Made by a program: the position numbers and the translations under genes. The notes below the pieces were generated by a model. The model had not been told where the DNA came from. It made no database searches and saw nothing but the letters and a program-made list of their open reading frames with translations. Positions 54,884-57,101 of a DNA stretch of 57,101 nt are shown piece after piece. How positions within the stretch are numbered: position 1 is the stretch's first letter; each line of letters begins with the position of its first letter. The stretch covers positions 1 through 57,101 of the forward strand of contig CAYMNM010000001.1 of assembly GCA_964391795.1 (NCBI GenBank), read 5' to 3'. The stretch comes from an uncultured Anaerolineaceae bacterium (lineage in GTDB: Bacteria; Chloroflexota; Anaerolineae; Anaerolineales; Anaerolineaceae).

Positions 54884-56764
54884 TTAATAGATATCCCAGT
54901 CGTTTTCGCCTTTGTGCGTGCGATGTACGACGTCTTCTCCAAGATCTGGATCATACTCTACAGTATAACCCTTCTTCTTCTTGGATTTCTTCTTTGTTTC
55001 TTTGCCGCTTAATGCAGCGCCAAAGTCATCTTCCTCAACCACCTCGTGTTCTCGTTCCTGGCTATGCTTGAGAGTCTCAAGTTTGAAGAGTTCCTCAAAG
55101 GTCTTCTCTTCTTCAGCAGGTCCTTCAACAACAGGCGCAACTACTTCAACAATCTCTGGTTTTTCAGTTTCTAATTCGGGTTCAGCCTCTGCAACAGGAG
55201 CTTCAACTTCTACTAAAACAGGTTCCGGTACTTCTACAACAACTTCAACAGGTTTTTCAGGTTCCGGGAATTTGATGGAATCAGCCAGGGTCAGCAGTTC
55301 TTCATATGCCTTGGGTCCAATTCCATTGAAAGACAGGATAATCTCTGGGTCAATCTTGATTTGCAACAAGAGATCGCCAAGAGTCAAAATACCGGATTCC
55401 TGCAGAACGTTTGTGATGTGTTCCTTAATCTCTGGCACATCCTGCAAATTCATTTCGAAAGCGCTTGCGTGAATGGAAGCACGAAGTTCACGCAGTTTTG
55501 CCAGGTTAGCATCTTCAATTTGCTTTCGTTCAGCTTCGCCACGGCGTTCAACGCGATCAACGAATTTGGCAAGCAGTATGCCGTCATCAATTGAAAGTGC
55601 TCGGCCTTCTTCTTTTTTAGTGAGCAGATCCTTCACACGAGTGATGTTATCAACCTCGTTCTGCGCAAGTTCAGCCAGCTTGGGATCTTCCTGCAATTTG
55701 GCAACTGCTTTATAAGCTGCTTCAGATACACTCATAATGTCAATGCGCCAACCGGTCAGTTTGGCCGCCAGTCTTGCATTTTGTCCTTCACGCCCAATGG
55801 CGAGAGAAAGTTGGTCTTCTGGCACTACAACAGTAGCGGTTTTATTCTCACCGCTGGCTGCGTTTAGGTAGACACCGGTAACACGGGCGGGGCTAATGGC
55901 TTTGCTGATGTAAATCGAAGCATCAGGGCTCCACTCGATGACATCGATTTTCTCATTGTGCAGCTCGCGCACAATTGCCTGGATGCGCATGCCACGCTGA
56001 CCAACACAGGCGCCTACAGGGTCAATACCCATTTGAGTAGCTGAAACAGCCACTTTTGCGCGTTGCCCAGGTTCGCGAGCAATCGAGCGGATTTCGACAA
56101 TACCGTGGTAAATCTCAGGCACTTCATTTTCAAGCAAACGCCGTAAGAAGTTGCGGTGCCCACGCGAAAGTAAAATTTGCAGGCCCTTAGGAGAGTCTTT
56201 TACTTCATAAATATAGGCGCGAATGCGGTCATGAATACGGAAACGTTCACCCGGAATCATATCCTTACGCATCATCGTGCCTTCGGCTTTGTAATCAAGA
56301 CCGATGGTTGCCTGGTAGGAGTTGACTGCCTGTACAACACCTGACACAATTTCGCCAACTTGTTTACCAAAATTCTCAAATTGCAGGCTTTTTTCTGCAT
56401 CGCGAATTTTCTGTTGGATGGCTTGTCGGGCAGTTTGGGCAGCGATGCGGCCAAAGTTTTCCGGAGTCGATTCCACCATCACCAGGTCGCCTTCCTGGCA
56501 ATCCGGGTCAATCTTTTTTGCTTCTTCGAGCGCGACTTCAGTCCGGTTATCCAGAACAGAATCCACAACCTCTTTTTCAGCAAAGACGGTAACACTGCCT
56601 TTGTCAAGATCTATGTTGACCTTGACATCCTGAGCAGTAGATGCCCCGACTGATTTGCGGTAGGCTGAAATCATGGCCCCTTCAAGAGCGCTCATGATGG
56701 TGTCTCTTGGAAGCTGTTTTTCTTCCAGGACCTCGTTGAATGCTAAGGCAAATTCGCTTTTCAT
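54884..56764 (-). CDS. nusA: Transcription termination/antitermination factor NusA with long C-terminal extension
   Basis: NusA N-terminal domain, S1 (GEIVSGVV), KH1/KH2 ([25 protein letters not shown]), an HhH-like segment, and an acidic P/E/V-rich tail. Start set to ATG 56764 (MKSEFALAF), preceded by GGAGTG. Confidence 0.96.
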   Translation of the reverse strand: MKSEFALAFNEVLEEKQLPRDTIMSALEGAMISAYRKSVGASTAQDVKVNIDLDKGSVTVFAEKEVVDSVLDNRTEVALEEAKKIDPDCQEGDLVMVESTPENFGRIAAQTARQAIQQKIRDAEKSLQFENFGKQVGEIVSGVVQAVNSYQATIGLDYKAEGTMMRKDMIPGERFRIHDRIRAYIYEVKDSPKGLQILLSRGHRNFLRRLLENEVPEIYHGIVEIRSIAREPGQRAKVAVSATQMGIDPVGACVGQRGMRIQAIVRELHNEKIDVIEWSPDASIYISKAISPARVTGVYLNAASGENKTATVVVPEDQLSLAIGREGQNARLAAKLTGWRIDIMSVSEAAYKAVAKLQEDPKLAELAQNEVDNITRVKDLLTKKEEGRALSIDDGILLAKFVDRVERRGEAERKQIEDANLAKLRELRASIHASAFEMNLQDVPEIKEHITNVLQESGILTLGDLLLQIKIDPEIILSFNGIGPKAYEELLTLADSIKFPEPEKPVEVVVEVPEPVLVEVEAPVAEAEPELETEKPEIVEVVAPVVEGPAEEEKTFEELFKLETLKHSQEREHEVVEEDDFGAALSGKETKKKSKKKKGYTVEYDPDLGEDVVHRTHKGENDWDIY

Positions 56765-56795
56765 AAATTTTTCACTCCAAAACTTCACCGTCTTT

Positions 56796-56826
56796 CAAAC
56801 AAAAAAGTGGGGTCGAGCCCACTTTT
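56796..56826 (-). terminator. Intrinsic terminator 33 nt upstream of the nusA start codon
   Basis: Minus strand reads AAAAGTGGG-CTCGAC-CCCACTTTT followed by TTGTTTG. Confidence 0.65.
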
Positions 56827-57101
56827 CGGTTGAAAAGTATTCGTAATGCAAAGATATTATCACATCCACAGATCGAAATCAAGTCATCCGCACAGGGCAA
56901 TTGCACCTAATCTGCTGGATCAAGAACCTAAGGGGTTTCAACTTAGGTGATTGGCAATAATCGCTGTCCTTTCTCACAGAACAATCATGTTTTGATCAAT
57001 GCAACTTGAAATCGATTGTCTGCAGACACAATAATCCCTTGGCTGGCAGGGCTATCCACCTTTAGGCACTCTTAAGCTTGGCTCAAGATGTTAAATAGGT
57101 A

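Noticed and set aside
53060-55715. Several Ser-rich antisense ORFs (118-163 aa) inside infB and nusA.
   Set aside because: The low-complexity Ser/Thr/Ala translations are typical of the reverse frame of Glu/Leu/Val-rich genes. infB and nusA are unambiguous.
56871-57060. Two DnaA-box-like 9-mers (ACATCCACA at about 56872 and CTATCCACC at about 57052) in the non-coding region upstream of nusA.
   Set aside because: There are only two sites, each with two mismatches to TTATCCACA. There is no AT-rich unwinding element and no dnaA/dnaN context, so this is most likely chance.

Overview
No mobile elements, CRISPR arrays or recognisable defence, toxin or phage genes were found, and I cannot point to a clear-cut novel system. 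The window is a gene-dense (about 95% coding), mostly housekeeping chromosomal segment. All calls come from reading the ORF translations and the DNA by eye; nothing was searched or computed.

The gene content suggests a monoderm, Chloroflexota/Anaerolineae-like bacterium: sortase, many lipoproteins, LysM wall hydrolases, and the gene order nusA-ylxR-infB-rbfA-nrnA-truB-ribF-thyX. This taxonomic guess is unverified.

Main blocks, in order:
- A truncated NRAMP transporter.
- A BtuFCD-like ABC importer behind a compact cobalamin riboswitch.
- A RelA/SpoT homologue, alr, sortase B and B12-dependent metH.
- The prfA-prmC-tsaC genes, translationally coupled to a GH36 glycosidase.
- uppP and tgt.
- A run of six closely spaced same-strand genes containing selA, pepP and tsaD.
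- Three LysM peptidoglycan-hydrolase genes.
- tRNA-Leu(CAG), then FtsB-like, MazG-like, LOG-like and proS genes.
- The nusA/infB translation cluster.

The leads most worth follow-up:
1. A LasA-type (M23A) LysM lipoprotein paired with a paralogue that has lost the catalytic histidines.
2. A start/stop-overlapping MazG-like / LOG-like gene pair.
3. A fused double-domain ThyX whose catalytic motifs are split between the two halves.
4. A long RelA/SpoT homologue whose synthetase motifs look degenerate.
5. The short cobalamin riboswitch.
6. An intrinsic terminator 33 nt upstream of nusA, in a 313-nt non-coding leader with no rimP.
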